Assembly: GCF_009649845.1 (NCBI RefSeq)
Contig: NZ_WJIE01000009.1
Location: 160,685-224,684, forward strand
Direction: 5' to 3'
Source of the DNA: Polyangium spumosum
GTDB lineage: Bacteria > Myxococcota_A > Polyangia > Polyangiales > Polyangiaceae
Length of the DNA stretch: 64,000 bases
The stretch's first letter is position 1; each line of letters starts with the position of its first letter. Under the pieces are notes generated by a model. That model was not told where the DNA came from. It did no database searches and saw only the letters and a program-made list of their open reading frames with translations. Of this stretch, positions 38,510-48,867 are shown one piece after another. The position numbers and the translations under genes are program-made.

Positions 38510-40501
38510 ATGTCCTCGCCGCTCGATCTGCTCGCGCCGAAGGGGCTCGCGCTCCTCGGGCTGCTCGGCCCGCTGGTCGTGCTCTACATCCTGAAGGTGC
38601 GGCGCAAGAAGAAGCGCGTCGCCTCGACGTGGCTCTGGGCCTCGGCCAAGCGCGACCTCATCGCGCGCTCGCCCTTCCAGAAGCTCATCGCGCAGGTGCC
38701 GCTGATCCTGCAGGCGCTCGCGCTGCTGCTCCTCGCGTTCGCCCTCGCGCGCCCGGCGACGCGGGGCCGGGCGATCACGGGGGATCACCTCGCGATCATC
38801 GTGGACGCGAGCGCGTCGATGTCGGCCGAGAGCGCGGCCGGGGCGGAGACGAAGTCGCGGATGGAGCTCGCGCGCAAGGTGGCGGAGGACATCCTGTCGT
38901 CGCTCGGCCCGGGCAGCGACGCGCTCCTGCTCGAAGCGGGGCGCGACGCGCGCGTGGTGGCGCCTCTCGATCGCGACGTGGTGCGGCTCAAGGCCGCGCT
39001 GAAGGCGCTGCGCGTGCACGACGTGGAGGGCGACCTCGGCGCGGCCGTGGCGCTCGCGGTGGATCGGCTCAGGCAGCTCGGGGGATCGCGGAGGATCGTG
39101 GTGATCACGGACGGCAACCTCGCGGCCCCGACGGCGCTCTCGGGCGCGTCCTTGCCGATCGAGGTGATCACCGTGGGCACGCCGGTGGAGAACGCGGCCA
39201 TCGTGCGCGTCGACGTGCGGTCGGGGATCGAGCCGACGCTGAAGCGCGAGCAGGTGCAGGCCTTCCTCGTGGTGGCGAACTTCGGCAAGGCGCCGCGCGA
39301 GCTCTACGTGACGATGCGCGAGGACAACGCGTCGGACATCCTCGCCTCGCGGAAGATCCTGGTCGCGCCGGGTGAACGTCAGGCCGTGGTGCTCGATTTC
39401 CTCCCGGCGCCGGGTGACTACCGGCGCGGGCTCCTCTTCGACATCGCGCCGCACGACGCGATGGAGGTCGACGACATGGCCTTCGCGCGCGTGCCGGCCG
39501 GGGACAAACTGCCCGTCGCGTACGTGGCGCCCGATCCGCAGAACATCTCGCCGTGGATCGAGCGGGCGATCGTGAGTGATCCGGCGACGACGCTGAAGAC
39601 GATGTCGGTGGCGGAGCTCGGCAAGCCGGGCGCGGTCGAGATGGATTCGTTCGTCGTGGTGGAGGGGGCGTGCCCGGACTTCGTGCCGGGCGGGGACCTC
39701 CTGATCGTCGCGCCGCCGCCGGGTCGTTGCTTCGGCACGGTGGTCGGCAGGACGCTCGAGAGCCCGGCGATCACGTCGTGGGAGAGCGGCGACGCGCGCA
39801 TGCGGTTCCTCTCGCTCGACGGCGTGTCGATCTCACGCGCGGCCGCGCTCAAGCCCGAGGGTCCGACGCAGGAGCTCATCCGCACGCAGGACGGCACGAT
39901 CGCGACCGACATCTCCACGCCGACGCGCACGGGCACGCTGCTCGGCTTCGACGTCGGCGACAGCGACTGGCCGCTCAAGGCGAGCTTCGTGCTCTTCATG
40001 CGCAACCTGCTCGAGCAGGCGCGTATCCACCGCGCGCACGGCATCACGGGTCCCGCGCGCGCGGGCGAGCCCTTGCGCGTGCGTTTGCCCGCGTCGGCGA
40101 AGGACGTGGAGGTGAAAGGCCCGACCGGCGACAGGCTCGACGTGTCGCTGCGCGGCGGGCTCGCGGTCGTGCCGGAGATCTCGAAGGTCGGCCTCTACCA
40201 GCTCGCGTGGCAGGGCCCCGAGGCCGGCTCGTTCGTGGCCCCGGCGAACCTGACGAGCGCGGCCGAGAGTGACCTCGGCAGCGTGATGGCCCCGGCCGGA
40301 TCGGGCGCGGACGCGGTCAAGGTGACGGCCGCGGGCGCGGAGCCCGACGCGCACAACGAGTGGGGCTGGGTGCTCGCGCTCGTGGCTCTCGGCTTCGTGG
40401 TCTTCGACGTCTGGTACCTGACGCGCAAGCCCCGCCTCGCGCCCACCGCGCCCGCCGAGCCGAAGCGACCGCCGGCGCCGGAGAGGAGGGCCGCGGCGTG
40501 A
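38510..40501 (+). CDS. BatA-like protein with N-terminal double TM and vWA domain
   Basis: N-terminal LALLGLLGPLVVLYILKVRR...LILQALALLLLAFAL. vWA motif LAIIVDASASM. C-terminal TM. Confidence 0.7.
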   Translation: MSSPLDLLAPKGLALLGLLGPLVVLYILKVRRKKKRVASTWLWASAKRDLIARSPFQKLIAQVPLILQALALLLLAFALARPATRGRAITGDHLAIIVDASASMSAESAAGAETKSRMELARKVAEDILSSLGPGSDALLLEAGRDARVVAPLDRDVVRLKAALKALRVHDVEGDLGAAVALAVDRLRQLGGSRRIVVITDGNLAAPTALSGASLPIEVITVGTPVENAAIVRVDVRSGIEPTLKREQVQAFLVVANFGKAPRELYVTMREDNASDILASRKILVAPGERQAVVLDFLPAPGDYRRGLLFDIAPHDAMEVDDMAFARVPAGDKLPVAYVAPDPQNISPWIERAIVSDPATTLKTMSVAELGKPGAVEMDSFVVVEGACPDFVPGGDLLIVAPPPGRCFGTVVGRTLESPAITSWESGDARMRFLSLDGVSISRAAALKPEGPTQELIRTQDGTIATDISTPTRTGTLLGFDVGDSDWPLKASFVLFMRNLLEQARIHRAHGITGPARAGEPLRVRLPASAKDVEVKGPTGDRLDVSLRGGLAVVPEISKVGLYQLAWQGPEAGSFVAPANLTSAAESDLGSVMAPAGSGADAVKVTAAGAEPDAHNEWGWVLALVALGFVVFDVWYLTRKPRLAPTAPAEPKRPPAPERRAAA

Positions 40502-43500
40502 TTCCGAGCCATCTGCGCCCGTACCTGCCCTTCGTCGTCGTGGCCTTGGGCCTCTTCGTGTTCGTCCTCGTCGCGCGCTGGGTGATCCGCGCGGCGGCGC
40601 TCACGAAGCGCAAGGTCCTGCTCGCGGGGATGATCCTGGGCGCGCTGCCGGCGCTCTACGTGGGCCTCGTCTGGACGGGCCTCGTCCCCGGCGGTTATCT
40701 GCGCCTCGCGCGGCCGCAGATCACGCTGCTCGTGCTCGCGTCGACCACGTTCGTCGCCTACCGCATGGCGACCGGCTGGACAAACCAGGGCCCCTTCCGC
40801 ACGCGGCTCGGGGATCTGCTCGCCCAGCTCGCCACGTTCATCGCGGCCATGGCCGCCGCGGGCCCCGAGCTCGGCCGGCCGCTCGACAGGCTCACGGTGC
40901 TCGTGGCGATCGATCGCAGCCGCTCGATCGACCTCGTCCCGAGCGCGGAGCAACGCATCAAGCAGGAGCTCGCGGTCGCCGAGCTCGGGATGCGCGAGGA
41001 GGATCGGATCGGGACGATCATCTTCGGCGCGGACGCGGCCACGGAGGACCCGCCGCGGCCGAAGTCGGACCTGCCCGCGCCGCAACGCGTCTCGGTGGGG
41101 CGCGACGGGACCGACCTCGGCGCGGCGATCCGGCGCGCGCTGGCCGAGGTCCCCGCCGACAGCGCCGCGCGGATCGTGATGCTCTCGGACGGCGTGGTCA
41201 CGCGCGGCGACACCATGGCCGCGGCCGCGGCGGCCGTCGCGGCGGAGATCCCGGTCGACGTGGTGCCGCTCGAGCAGCGCTCGATCCCCGACATCCGCGT
41301 GGTCGCGCTCCGGGCGCCGACACGCGCCGACGAGGGCGAGCCCATCGATCTGCGCCTCGTGACCTCGTCGCCGAGCCCCGCCGCGATCCAGATCCGGCTC
41401 CGGCGCGACGGCGAGCTCATCGCCGAGGCGGGCGCGAAGATCGCCGCGGGTGAGGACGTCCTGCGCATCCGCGAGAAGGCGCCCGGCCCGGGCTTCCACC
41501 GCTACGACGTGGAGATCACGGCGGCCGATCCGGCGCTCGATCAATCCCCGGAGGACAACGCCGGCAGCGCGTTCATGCGCGTGCGGGGTCAGGCCTCGGC
41601 GCTCGTGCTCGACGGCGACGCGGGCAAGACCGGCTTCCTCGCGCGGGCGCTCGAGGCCGCGGCCTTCAGGGTGGACGAGGGCTCGACGAGCAGCGTGCCC
41701 GCGGATCTCGCGGGCCTCGTCGGCTACGACCTCGTCGTGATGGGCGACGTGCGCGCCTCGGATCTATCGCCCGGCCAGATCGACGCGCTCGCGAGTTACG
41801 TGCGTGACCTCGGCGGCGGCCTGCTCCTCATGGGCGGGGATCGCAGCCTCGGGCCGGGCGGGTATGCGCGTACGCCGATCGAAGAGGTCTCGCCCGTATC
41901 GTTCGACCTCAAACAAGAGCGGCGCCGCGCCAGCCTCGCCGAGGTGATCGGGATCGACATCTCCGGCTCGATGGCGGCCTCGGCCGGCGCGCACACGAAG
42001 CTCGAGCTCGCCAACGAGGCGGCCGCGCGCAGCGCCGCGTTGCTCGGCGCCGGCGATCGGCTCGGCGTCCTGCACGTCGACACCGCGGTCAACTGGAGCG
42101 TCCCGCTCGGCCCGGTGAGCGACAAGGCCGGGATCGACCGAGCGATCCGCGGCGTGGGCCCCGGCGGAGGCGGCATCCTCGTCGACATCACGCTCGAGGC
42201 CGCGTACGCCGCGCTCGCGAAGGAGAAGGTCAACCTCAAGCACGTGCTCCTCTTCGCCGACGGCTCCGACGCCGAGCAGATGGGCCCGTGCCGCACGATG
42301 GTCTCGAACGCGCTTCGCGCCGGCATCACCACGAGCGTCGTCGCCCTCGGCAACGGCGGCGACGTGCCCGAGCTCGAGACGCTCTCGCGCCTCGGCAGCG
42401 GCCGCTTCTACCTCATCGAGGACGCCAACCGCCTGCCCGCCGTCTTCACGCAGGAGACGATCCTCGCCGCGCGCTCGTCGATCGTGGAGAAGGAGTTCCG
42501 CGCCTCGCGCAGCGCGCCGTCCCCGATCCTCTCGGGCGTGCCGCTCGACGAGGCGCCCTCGCTCGACGGGTACGTCGTGACGATCCCCAAGGGCCGCGCG
42601 AGCGTGCTTTTGACCGGCCCCGAGGGCGATCCGATCCTCGCGGTGTGGTCGGCGGGCGTCGGTCGCGCGGGCGCCTTCACGAGTGACCTCAAGGATCGCT
42701 GGGGCAGCCGTTGGACGACGTGGCCGGGCGCGGCGCGCCTCGTCGGGCAGCTCGCGCGTGACCTCACCCGCAAGGGCGAAGACGGCCGCGTGCGTGTCGA
42801 GGCCGACGCCTCGGGCGGCGAGCTGCACGTGCGGGCCACGGTCGTCGGCGACGACGGCCGCGCGCAGTCGTTCCGCCGCTTGATGGTGCGTGTCGCCGGG
42901 CCCGACGGCTTCGTCCGCGAGACGGCGCTCGAGGCCACCGGCGCCGGCGCGTACGCCGCGTCGATCCCGCTCTCGCGCCCTGGCACGTACATCGCGATCG
43001 CCAAGGACGAGCAGTCGGGCGACGTCGTCGGCACGGCGGGCGCGGCGCTCACGGCGGGCGAGGAGCTCCGGCCCACGGGCTCGGACGCCGCGCTCCTCGG
43101 CCGCATCGCGGACCTCACCGGCGGCAAGCGCCGCGACACGCTCGCCGGCATCTTCGGCGACCGCGCCGCGCGGCGCTTCTCCTACCAGGACATCACGCCC
43201 ATCCTGATCGCGATGGCCGGCTTCGCGCTCCTCCTCGCAGTGGCGGCGCGTCGCTTCGCCTTGCCGGAGCCCGTCCTCGCCTGGGCCGCCCGCACGCGTG
43301 AGGCCCTGCGCGCGAAGCCCTCCGCCGAGGCCCCTGCGCGCCCCGATCCGCGCTCGCCCGACGCCGTCGTGGGCGCGCTCCTCCAGGCGAAAGAGCGCGC
43401 CGCCCGCGACCGCGCCGCCCGCGAGGCCCCGCTGCCCGCGGCCTCGGCCGCCGCGCTCGCGCAGCCTCCGCCGGCCGCGACGCGGCCCCAGGCGCACGCC

Positions 43501-43617
43501 CCGACCGCGGCCCCGCACCCGCCCCAGGGCGCGCCTCCTGCCGGTCCGCCGCAGCCCCGCGCGCTCACGGCGGCCGAGATCCTCCTCGCGCGCCGCAAGG
43601 GCCAGCCGCGCTCCTGA
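40498..43617 (+). CDS. large membrane protein with vWA domain(s) and a Pro/Ala-rich C-terminus
   Basis: GTG start overlapping the upstream stop. N-terminal TM helices and two vWA-like regions (LVAIDRSRSID; VIGIDISGSMAA). 1039 aa from this start. Confidence 0.6.
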   Translation: MIPSHLRPYLPFVVVALGLFVFVLVARWVIRAAALTKRKVLLAGMILGALPALYVGLVWTGLVPGGYLRLARPQITLLVLASTTFVAYRMATGWTNQGPFRTRLGDLLAQLATFIAAMAAAGPELGRPLDRLTVLVAIDRSRSIDLVPSAEQRIKQELAVAELGMREEDRIGTIIFGADAATEDPPRPKSDLPAPQRVSVGRDGTDLGAAIRRALAEVPADSAARIVMLSDGVVTRGDTMAAAAAAVAAEIPVDVVPLEQRSIPDIRVVALRAPTRADEGEPIDLRLVTSSPSPAAIQIRLRRDGELIAEAGAKIAAGEDVLRIREKAPGPGFHRYDVEITAADPALDQSPEDNAGSAFMRVRGQASALVLDGDAGKTGFLARALEAAAFRVDEGSTSSVPADLAGLVGYDLVVMGDVRASDLSPGQIDALASYVRDLGGGLLLMGGDRSLGPGGYARTPIEEVSPVSFDLKQERRRASLAEVIGIDISGSMAASAGAHTKLELANEAAARSAALLGAGDRLGVLHVDTAVNWSVPLGPVSDKAGIDRAIRGVGPGGGGILVDITLEAAYAALAKEKVNLKHVLLFADGSDAEQMGPCRTMVSNALRAGITTSVVALGNGGDVPELETLSRLGSGRFYLIEDANRLPAVFTQETILAARSSIVEKEFRASRSAPSPILSGVPLDEAPSLDGYVVTIPKGRASVLLTGPEGDPILAVWSAGVGRAGAFTSDLKDRWGSRWTTWPGAARLVGQLARDLTRKGEDGRVRVEADASGGELHVRATVVGDDGRAQSFRRLMVRVAGPDGFVRETALEATGAGAYAASIPLSRPGTYIAIAKDEQSGDVVGTAGAALTAGEELRPTGSDAALLGRIADLTGGKRRDTLAGIFGDRAARRFSYQDITPILIAMAGFALLLAVAARRFALPEPVLAWAARTREALRAKPSAEAPARPDPRSPDAVVGALLQAKERAARDRAAREAPLPAASAAALAQPPPAATRPQAHAPTAAPHPPQGAPPAGPPQPRALTAAEILLARRKGQPRS

Positions 43618-43655
43618 TCGTCACGACGAACGGTGCGTTCGTCCCAAAAAACGTT

Positions 43656-44759
43656 TTACCGAACGACTCGATACGCCTGCGTCCAGGCCATCTTCCCGTC
43701 CGGCATCGCCACGCGCGCGCGCACCCAGCGCTCGTCTCCGCGGAGCTCGTACGTCGCGTCGCCCTCGGGCCCTCGCTCGATCTTCGCGAGCTCCTTGCCG
43801 CCGCCGCCGATGAACGTGACGACCGCGCCTTCTTCTTCCGGCCACACGCTGAGCTTGTTCCCCGTCACGCGGATGCGCGTGAGCGTCACGCCCGACGACG
43901 CGTAGAGCCGTCCTTTCGCGAGCCCCTCGCAGATGAGCGCTCGATCCAGCCGCTCCGCGAAGACCTGGACCCAGCCTTTCCCGGGCCGCGCCGGCTTCAC
44001 GCCTGGCTTCGTCGTCGCGCCGTAGTGATGGGCGTCGTCGACCGCAACGCCCGCGATCGACCATCCCTCGTCGAGCAGCGTGTTCCACACGGCCTCGTGG
44101 GACGGCCGCTCCGCGTTGCCCTCCGTGTTCACGAAGGGGTGACCGCTCCAGATCTCGAGCAGCTCCGCGCCGCGCGTGACGCGCACGTCGTCCAGCGTGA
44201 GCGCCCAGTCGAAGTTCGGGTGGTTCACGAGGGCGACGCCGCCCTGCGCGTGCACGCGGCTCACGCCGTGCAGCAGCGCCTTCTGCTTCGTCTTGAACTT
44301 GCCGCCGCCGATCGTCTTTTTCGTGCAGAGGCCGTTGACGTGGACGGGTTTGCCCTCCGCCAGCATCGTGACCTCTTCGCCCGCGAGGATGAGGAAGTCC
44401 TTCCGTTCGAGCGCGGCGAACGTCTTCGGGCTGACGCGGTTCTCGTGATCGGTGAGGGCGAGGAACGTGTAGCCGTGGCCGCGATACCAGCGATACACGT
44501 CCTCCGGGGGACGATCGCCGTCGCTCCACTTGCTGTGCGTGTGCAGGTTGCCGCGCTGGAACGTGGAGACGTCGAGCGTCTCGGCGAAGCGCGGAGGACC
44601 GAGCTTCGGCGGCTCGAGGTTGATGTTCAGGGTGAGCGGCGCCGCGACGGCCGTGCGCTCGGGCGGGACACGCGTGAACGCGACGATGCCCGCCGCGCCT
44701 GCCACGGCGACCCCGACGCCGAGGGCGACATACCGAACCATGCCCGTCTTCGACCGCAT
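43656..44759 (-). CDS. PHP-domain (polymerase/histidinol-phosphatase-like) metal-dependent hydrolase with N-terminal membrane anchor
   Basis: HTHSKWSDG PHP motif. Additional His-containing motifs (LTDHE, NHPN, DDAHH). Confidence 0.65.
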   Translation of the reverse strand: MRSKTGMVRYVALGVGVAVAGAAGIVAFTRVPPERTAVAAPLTLNINLEPPKLGPPRFAETLDVSTFQRGNLHTHSKWSDGDRPPEDVYRWYRGHGYTFLALTDHENRVSPKTFAALERKDFLILAGEEVTMLAEGKPVHVNGLCTKKTIGGGKFKTKQKALLHGVSRVHAQGGVALVNHPNFDWALTLDDVRVTRGAELLEIWSGHPFVNTEGNAERPSHEAVWNTLLDEGWSIAGVAVDDAHHYGATTKPGVKPARPGKGWVQVFAERLDRALICEGLAKGRLYASSGVTLTRIRVTGNKLSVWPEEEGAVVTFIGGGGKELAKIERGPEGDATYELRGDERWVRARVAMPDGKMAWTQAYRVVR

Positions 44760-44817
44760 CCGCCTTTCCCTGCCCGGCAGGATACCTCTATCGTCCGGAA
44801 CGCCGAAAGCCGCCGGC

Positions 44818-45342
44818 TCAGTCGAGGACGAGCCGCACTTTCACGTCGACCTCGATGCCGCCCGGGGGCCACGCCAGAAAGTCCGGGTTCGTACGACCCG
44901 TCCACTCGACGCGGACCTTCTTGCCGTCCTCGAAGAAGGGACGCACGTCGCCTTCGTGGAGCACGTCGAGGATGAGGTCGGGCTCCTTCGCGGGGATGTC
45001 CGTCTTCGAGACGAGCGGCGTGCGCCCGGTCGATGTCACGGCCTCGCCGAGGATCTGGTCGAGGAACGTCAGGTCCTCGGCGGGCGGCGCGACGGAGACA
45101 CGCACGAACCCGAGCCGCGCGGCGCCGTACGAGTTGACGTCACCGTCGAGCGTGACCTCGTTCCACCAGAAGAACGTCCCGTCGACGTGCGGGGTGACGG
45201 TGAAGTTCGCGTCCACGTCGTGCTCGCTCACGACGGAAGAACACCCGAACGTGCCCATGGCCATCACCGCCCCGACGAGGAGAGCCCACCGCGCCCCGCG
45301 CCGATCGTCGCCGCCCACCCTGTGCCCTGCGCTCGATCTCAT
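44818..45342 (-). CDS. hypothetical lipoprotein
   Basis: MRSSAG...WALLVGAVMAMGTFGCSS lipobox. The start is uncertain. Confidence 0.4.
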   Translation of the reverse strand: MRSSAGHRVGGDDRRGARWALLVGAVMAMGTFGCSSVVSEHDVDANFTVTPHVDGTFFWWNEVTLDGDVNSYGAARLGFVRVSVAPPAEDLTFLDQILGEAVTSTGRTPLVSKTDIPAKEPDLILDVLHEGDVRPFFEDGKKVRVEWTGRTNPDFLAWPPGGIEVDVKVRLVLD

Positions 45343-45463
45343 GAAGCCATTCATCCGGAAAACGTAGCACATCCGCGCCCTCGATCCCGCCGCGCAGGCG
45401 CGCACCCGACGCAAGCCCGGATCGAGGCCGAGCGAGCGCTCGGCGTCCGCGTCGCGCCTGCTC

Positions 45464-46543
45464 CTAGATCGAATAGTCCTGCACGAAGAGCTTGGCTTCG
45501 CGCAGGTTCACGAACACGTCCTCGCCCTCCACGAGCCCGAGCTCGGCCACGCGATCCTTCGCGAGCTCCACCGTCAGCGGTTGCCCGTCTTCCAGCCGGA
45601 GCTCGATCCGCACCATGAAGCCCACCCGCACGAGGCGCTCCACCCGCGCGGTCGCCACCTCCACGCTGCTGCGCCGCTCCACGCGGCTCGTCACGCCCAC
45701 GAGCTCGACGTCGTGCGGCCGGACGAACGCGCGTACGCTCGTCCCGTCCCCCGCGCCCGGCGGCGCCGCCGCCGCGAGGCTCCCGAGCGCCGCGCGTCCG
45801 CCGCGCACCTCGCCTTCGAGCTCGTTGATCGAGCCCACGAAGCCCGCGACGAACGCCGTCGCCGGCCGATCGTAGATGTCCTCGGGCGTGCCGATCTGCT
45901 CCACCTTGCCGCGGTTCATCACGATCACCCGATCCGCCACGCTGAGCGCCTCTTCCTGGTCGTGCGTGACGAACACCGTGGTGATCGATCGCTCCTCGTG
46001 CAGGCGCCGCAGCCACTCGCGCAGCTCGAGCCGCACCTTCGCGTCGAGCGCGCCGAACGGCTCGTCGAGCAGGAGCACGCTCGGGCCCGGCGCGAGCGCG
46101 CGGGCGAGCGCGACGCGCTGCCGTTGCCCGCCCGAGAGCTCGTGCGGGTACCTCTCGCCGAGCTCCGAGAGCCGCACCAGCGCGAGCAGCTCGTTCACCA
46201 CGTGATCGATCTCCGCCCGCGGCCGCCGCCGGATCGTCAGGCCAAACGCCACGTTGTCCCGCACCGTCATGTGCCGGAACAAGGCGTAGCCCTGGAACAC
46301 GAAGCCGATGTTGCGCTCCTGCACCCGCTGGTACGTCACGTCCACGCCGCGCAGGAGCACGCGACCTCCGTCCGGCGCCTCGAGCCCCGCCAGGATCCGC
46401 AGCACCGTCGTCTTGCCGCCGCCGCTCGGGCCGAGCAGCGCGACGAGCTCGCCCGTCCCGATCTCGAACGACACGTCGTCGACCGCGCGCGCGCCGCCGC
46501 CGCCGGAGAACCGCTTCACGAGCGCACGCGCCACGATACCCAC
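45464..46543 (-). CDS. cysA: sulfate/thiosulfate ABC transporter ATP-binding protein
   Basis: [24 protein letters not shown] and [11 protein letters not shown], plus a TOBE-like C-terminal domain. Confidence 0.85.
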   Translation of the reverse strand: MGIVARALVKRFSGGGGARAVDDVSFEIGTGELVALLGPSGGGKTTVLRILAGLEAPDGGRVLLRGVDVTYQRVQERNIGFVFQGYALFRHMTVRDNVAFGLTIRRRPRAEIDHVVNELLALVRLSELGERYPHELSGGQRQRVALARALAPGPSVLLLDEPFGALDAKVRLELREWLRRLHEERSITTVFVTHDQEEALSVADRVIVMNRGKVEQIGTPEDIYDRPATAFVAGFVGSINELEGEVRGGRAALGSLAAAAPPGAGDGTSVRAFVRPHDVELVGVTSRVERRSSVEVATARVERLVRVGFMVRIELRLEDGQPLTVELAKDRVAELGLVEGEDVFVNLREAKLFVQDYSI

Positions 46544-46549
46544 GAGCGC

Positions 46550-47395
46550 CTAACCTCCCTTTCCTTCGACTTCCACGCGCGAGCCGCGCTTCCGCCGCGC
46601 CACGTCGAGCAGCAAGAGCAGCCCGATCGACGCGAGCGCGAGCACCGTCGCCACCACGTACGCGCCGCGCTCGTCCCGATCTTCGAGCGCCCGGTACACG
46701 AAGACCGTCGCCGTCTCCGTCTGCCCGGCGACCCCGCCCGACACGAGCAGCACCGCGCCGAACTCGCCGATCGCGCGCGCCATCGTCAGCGTCGCGCCGT
46801 ACGCGAGCCCCCAGCGGATGCCGGGCAGGGTCACGCGAAAGAAGGTCGTCAGCGGCGACGCGCCGAGCGTGTACGCGGCGAGCTCCTGATCCGTGCCCAT
46901 CTCCTCGAGCACCGGCCCGACCTCACGCGCCACGAACGGCAACGTCACGAACGACGTCGCCATCGCCATCGCCGGCCAGGCGAACACGACCTCCACGCCG
47001 AGCGCGTCCGCGATCGGCCGGAGCAGCCCGCCCTTGCCGAAGAGCGCGAGCAAGACGACGCCCACCGCGACCGGCGAGAGCGCAAACGGCACGTCGACGA
47101 GCGCGGAGAGCACGCGTTTTCCCACGAACCGATCCCGCACGAGGACGAAGGCGAGCGCCGTCCCGAGCGCGCCGTTCACCACGACCGCGAGCGCCGTGAG
47201 CCTGGCCGTCATGCCGAGCGCGGAGAGCACGTCGGGCCGCGCGAGCACCTCGAAGACGGGCCCGAGCCCGCCCCCGAGCGCGCCGCGCAGGAGCGATCCG
47301 ACCGGCAAGAGCACGAGCGCGCCCACGTAGAGCACGGCCGCCGCGATCAACGAGGCGCGTACGCCCGCCCTCGGTCTGCCTGCTCGTTCAGCCAT
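46550..47395 (-). CDS. cysW: sulfate ABC transporter permease
   Basis: Polytopic membrane protein with the EAA-like loop AAYTLGASPLTTFFRVTLP. Confidence 0.8.
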   Translation of the reverse strand: MAERAGRPRAGVRASLIAAAVLYVGALVLLPVGSLLRGALGGGLGPVFEVLARPDVLSALGMTARLTALAVVVNGALGTALAFVLVRDRFVGKRVLSALVDVPFALSPVAVGVVLLALFGKGGLLRPIADALGVEVVFAWPAMAMATSFVTLPFVAREVGPVLEEMGTDQELAAYTLGASPLTTFFRVTLPGIRWGLAYGATLTMARAIGEFGAVLLVSGGVAGQTETATVFVYRALEDRDERGAYVVATVLALASIGLLLLLDVARRKRGSRVEVEGKGG

Positions 47396-48230
47396 GCGCC
47401 CCCCGCTGCCGCGCCGAGACGACGAGCACCACGCAGAACGAGATCGTCACGAGCACGAGCGACATCGCGCTCGCCGCGTGCACGTCGCCCGACTCCACCT
47501 CCCCGAACACGTGCACCGCCGCGGTCAGCGTCCGCCGTGGGATGTTGCCGGCCACCACGACCACCGAGCCGAACTCGCCGAGGGCCCGCGCGAAGCTCTG
47601 CAGCGCGCCCGAGACGACGGCGGGCGCGATCGCGGGCAGCGTCACCCGCCGGAACGTCGTCCACTCGCTCGCGCCGAGCGTGTAGGCGGCCTCCTCGTCG
47701 GCCCCGTCGAGCTCGTGCAGCACTGGCTGCACCGTGCGCACCACGAGCGGCAGCGTCACGAAGAGCAGGGCGAGGAGGATCGCCGGCGGGGCGTAGACCA
47801 CGCGAAAACCCGCCGCCTCGAAGAGCTGCCCGAGCGCGGCGTGGGGCCCGAGGAGCGTGACGATCATCATGCCCGTCACGAGCGTCGGGATGGCGAAGGG
47901 CAGGTCGATGAGGACGTCGAGCAGCTTGCGTCCGGGGAACCGGTAGCGGACGAGCACGTACGCGATGAGCGTGCCCATCACCGCGTTGACGGCGGCCATC
48001 ACGAGCGCCGTCTGCAGGGTCAGGAGGATGGCCGCGCGCGCGACCGGGTGGACGAGGGCCCGACCGAGCTCGCCGAGCCCGCGGGAGAGTCCTTCCCGCG
48101 CGAGCGTCGCGACCGGCAGCGCCACCATGAGCAGGAGGTAGGACCCTGCCGCGACGCGCAACCCGAGCTTGCCGAGCTGCTGTCCTCGCGCCCTCGAGCG
48201 GCTCGTCGGCCGGGCTTCGGCCAGCTCCAC
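47388..48230 (-). CDS. cysT: sulfate ABC transporter permease, GTG start
   Basis: EAA loop AAYTLGASEWTTFRRVTLP. The GTG start at 48230 is chosen because the ORF-track N-terminal extension is not protein-like. No sbp/cysP gene lies upstream. Confidence 0.7.
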   Translation of the reverse strand: MELAEARPTSRSRARGQQLGKLGLRVAAGSYLLLMVALPVATLAREGLSRGLGELGRALVHPVARAAILLTLQTALVMAAVNAVMGTLIAYVLVRYRFPGRKLLDVLIDLPFAIPTLVTGMMIVTLLGPHAALGQLFEAAGFRVVYAPPAILLALLFVTLPLVVRTVQPVLHELDGADEEAAYTLGASEWTTFRRVTLPAIAPAVVSGALQSFARALGEFGSVVVVAGNIPRRTLTAAVHVFGEVESGDVHAASAMSLVLVTISFCVVLVVSARQRGAHG

Positions 48231-48622
48231 GGTCGTGCTCAATCGAGCGTGAGAATGGCGCGCCGCGTAGCTCGTCCGCAACCCCGATTTGAAAGTTGCA
48301 TCGGAAAGATGCGACAATGTGCTCGGAGGGGCGCGAAGGGGGGGTTCGTCCCTCGCTCGGGTCGCGTCGCCACGTGCGGACCGCCTTGCAATTTCCCCCG
48401 TGATCTGCAGTCGATACGTGGTGTAGGTCTCCAGGGTTGCGGCGTCCCCGCGATTCTGGTAACCACCTCGAACGTGATCAGTGCGATGCGTGGGAACCCA
48501 CACGCCCTTTCATCGCGTCTCCTGATCGCGCTTGCCCAGGCCGAGGGACACGTGGACCCCGGCGTCGGGCGTCGTAACGCGACGTTCCACGGCTTGACGG
48601 AACGAGCGTAATCACCCCGAAC

Positions 48623-48859
48623 ATGAGCCCGCCGGAAACACTCTTCGACAAGGTGATTGCCGCCAGTGGTCTTTCGGAGGTGTTTGCCCGAGGTACCATC
48701 AAGCGCGCGTGTTCGCGCGTGGGGGTGACGGCGGAGACGATGAGCCCCTCGGAGCTCGCGCGCGCGCTCGGCTCGATCGAGCAGGCGCTGTCGGTCTTCC
48801 TGCCGCCGGATCAGAAAGACTCGCGCATGCAGGCCATCCGCGCCCTCTCGCGCGGCTGA
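48623..48859 (+). CDS. small hypothetical protein (78 aa)
   Basis: High GC3 and a non-degenerate composition, but no recognisable domain. Confidence 0.3.
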   Translation: MSPPETLFDKVIAASGLSEVFARGTIKRACSRVGVTAETMSPSELARALGSIEQALSVFLPPDQKDSRMQAIRALSRG

Positions 48860-48867
48860 GACACGGG

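Noticed and set aside
45581-47860. 759-aa plus-strand ORF across cysA/cysW/cysT
   Set aside because: Antisense to three clearly recognisable ABC transporter genes. The product is an R/E/H/P-rich low-complexity string.
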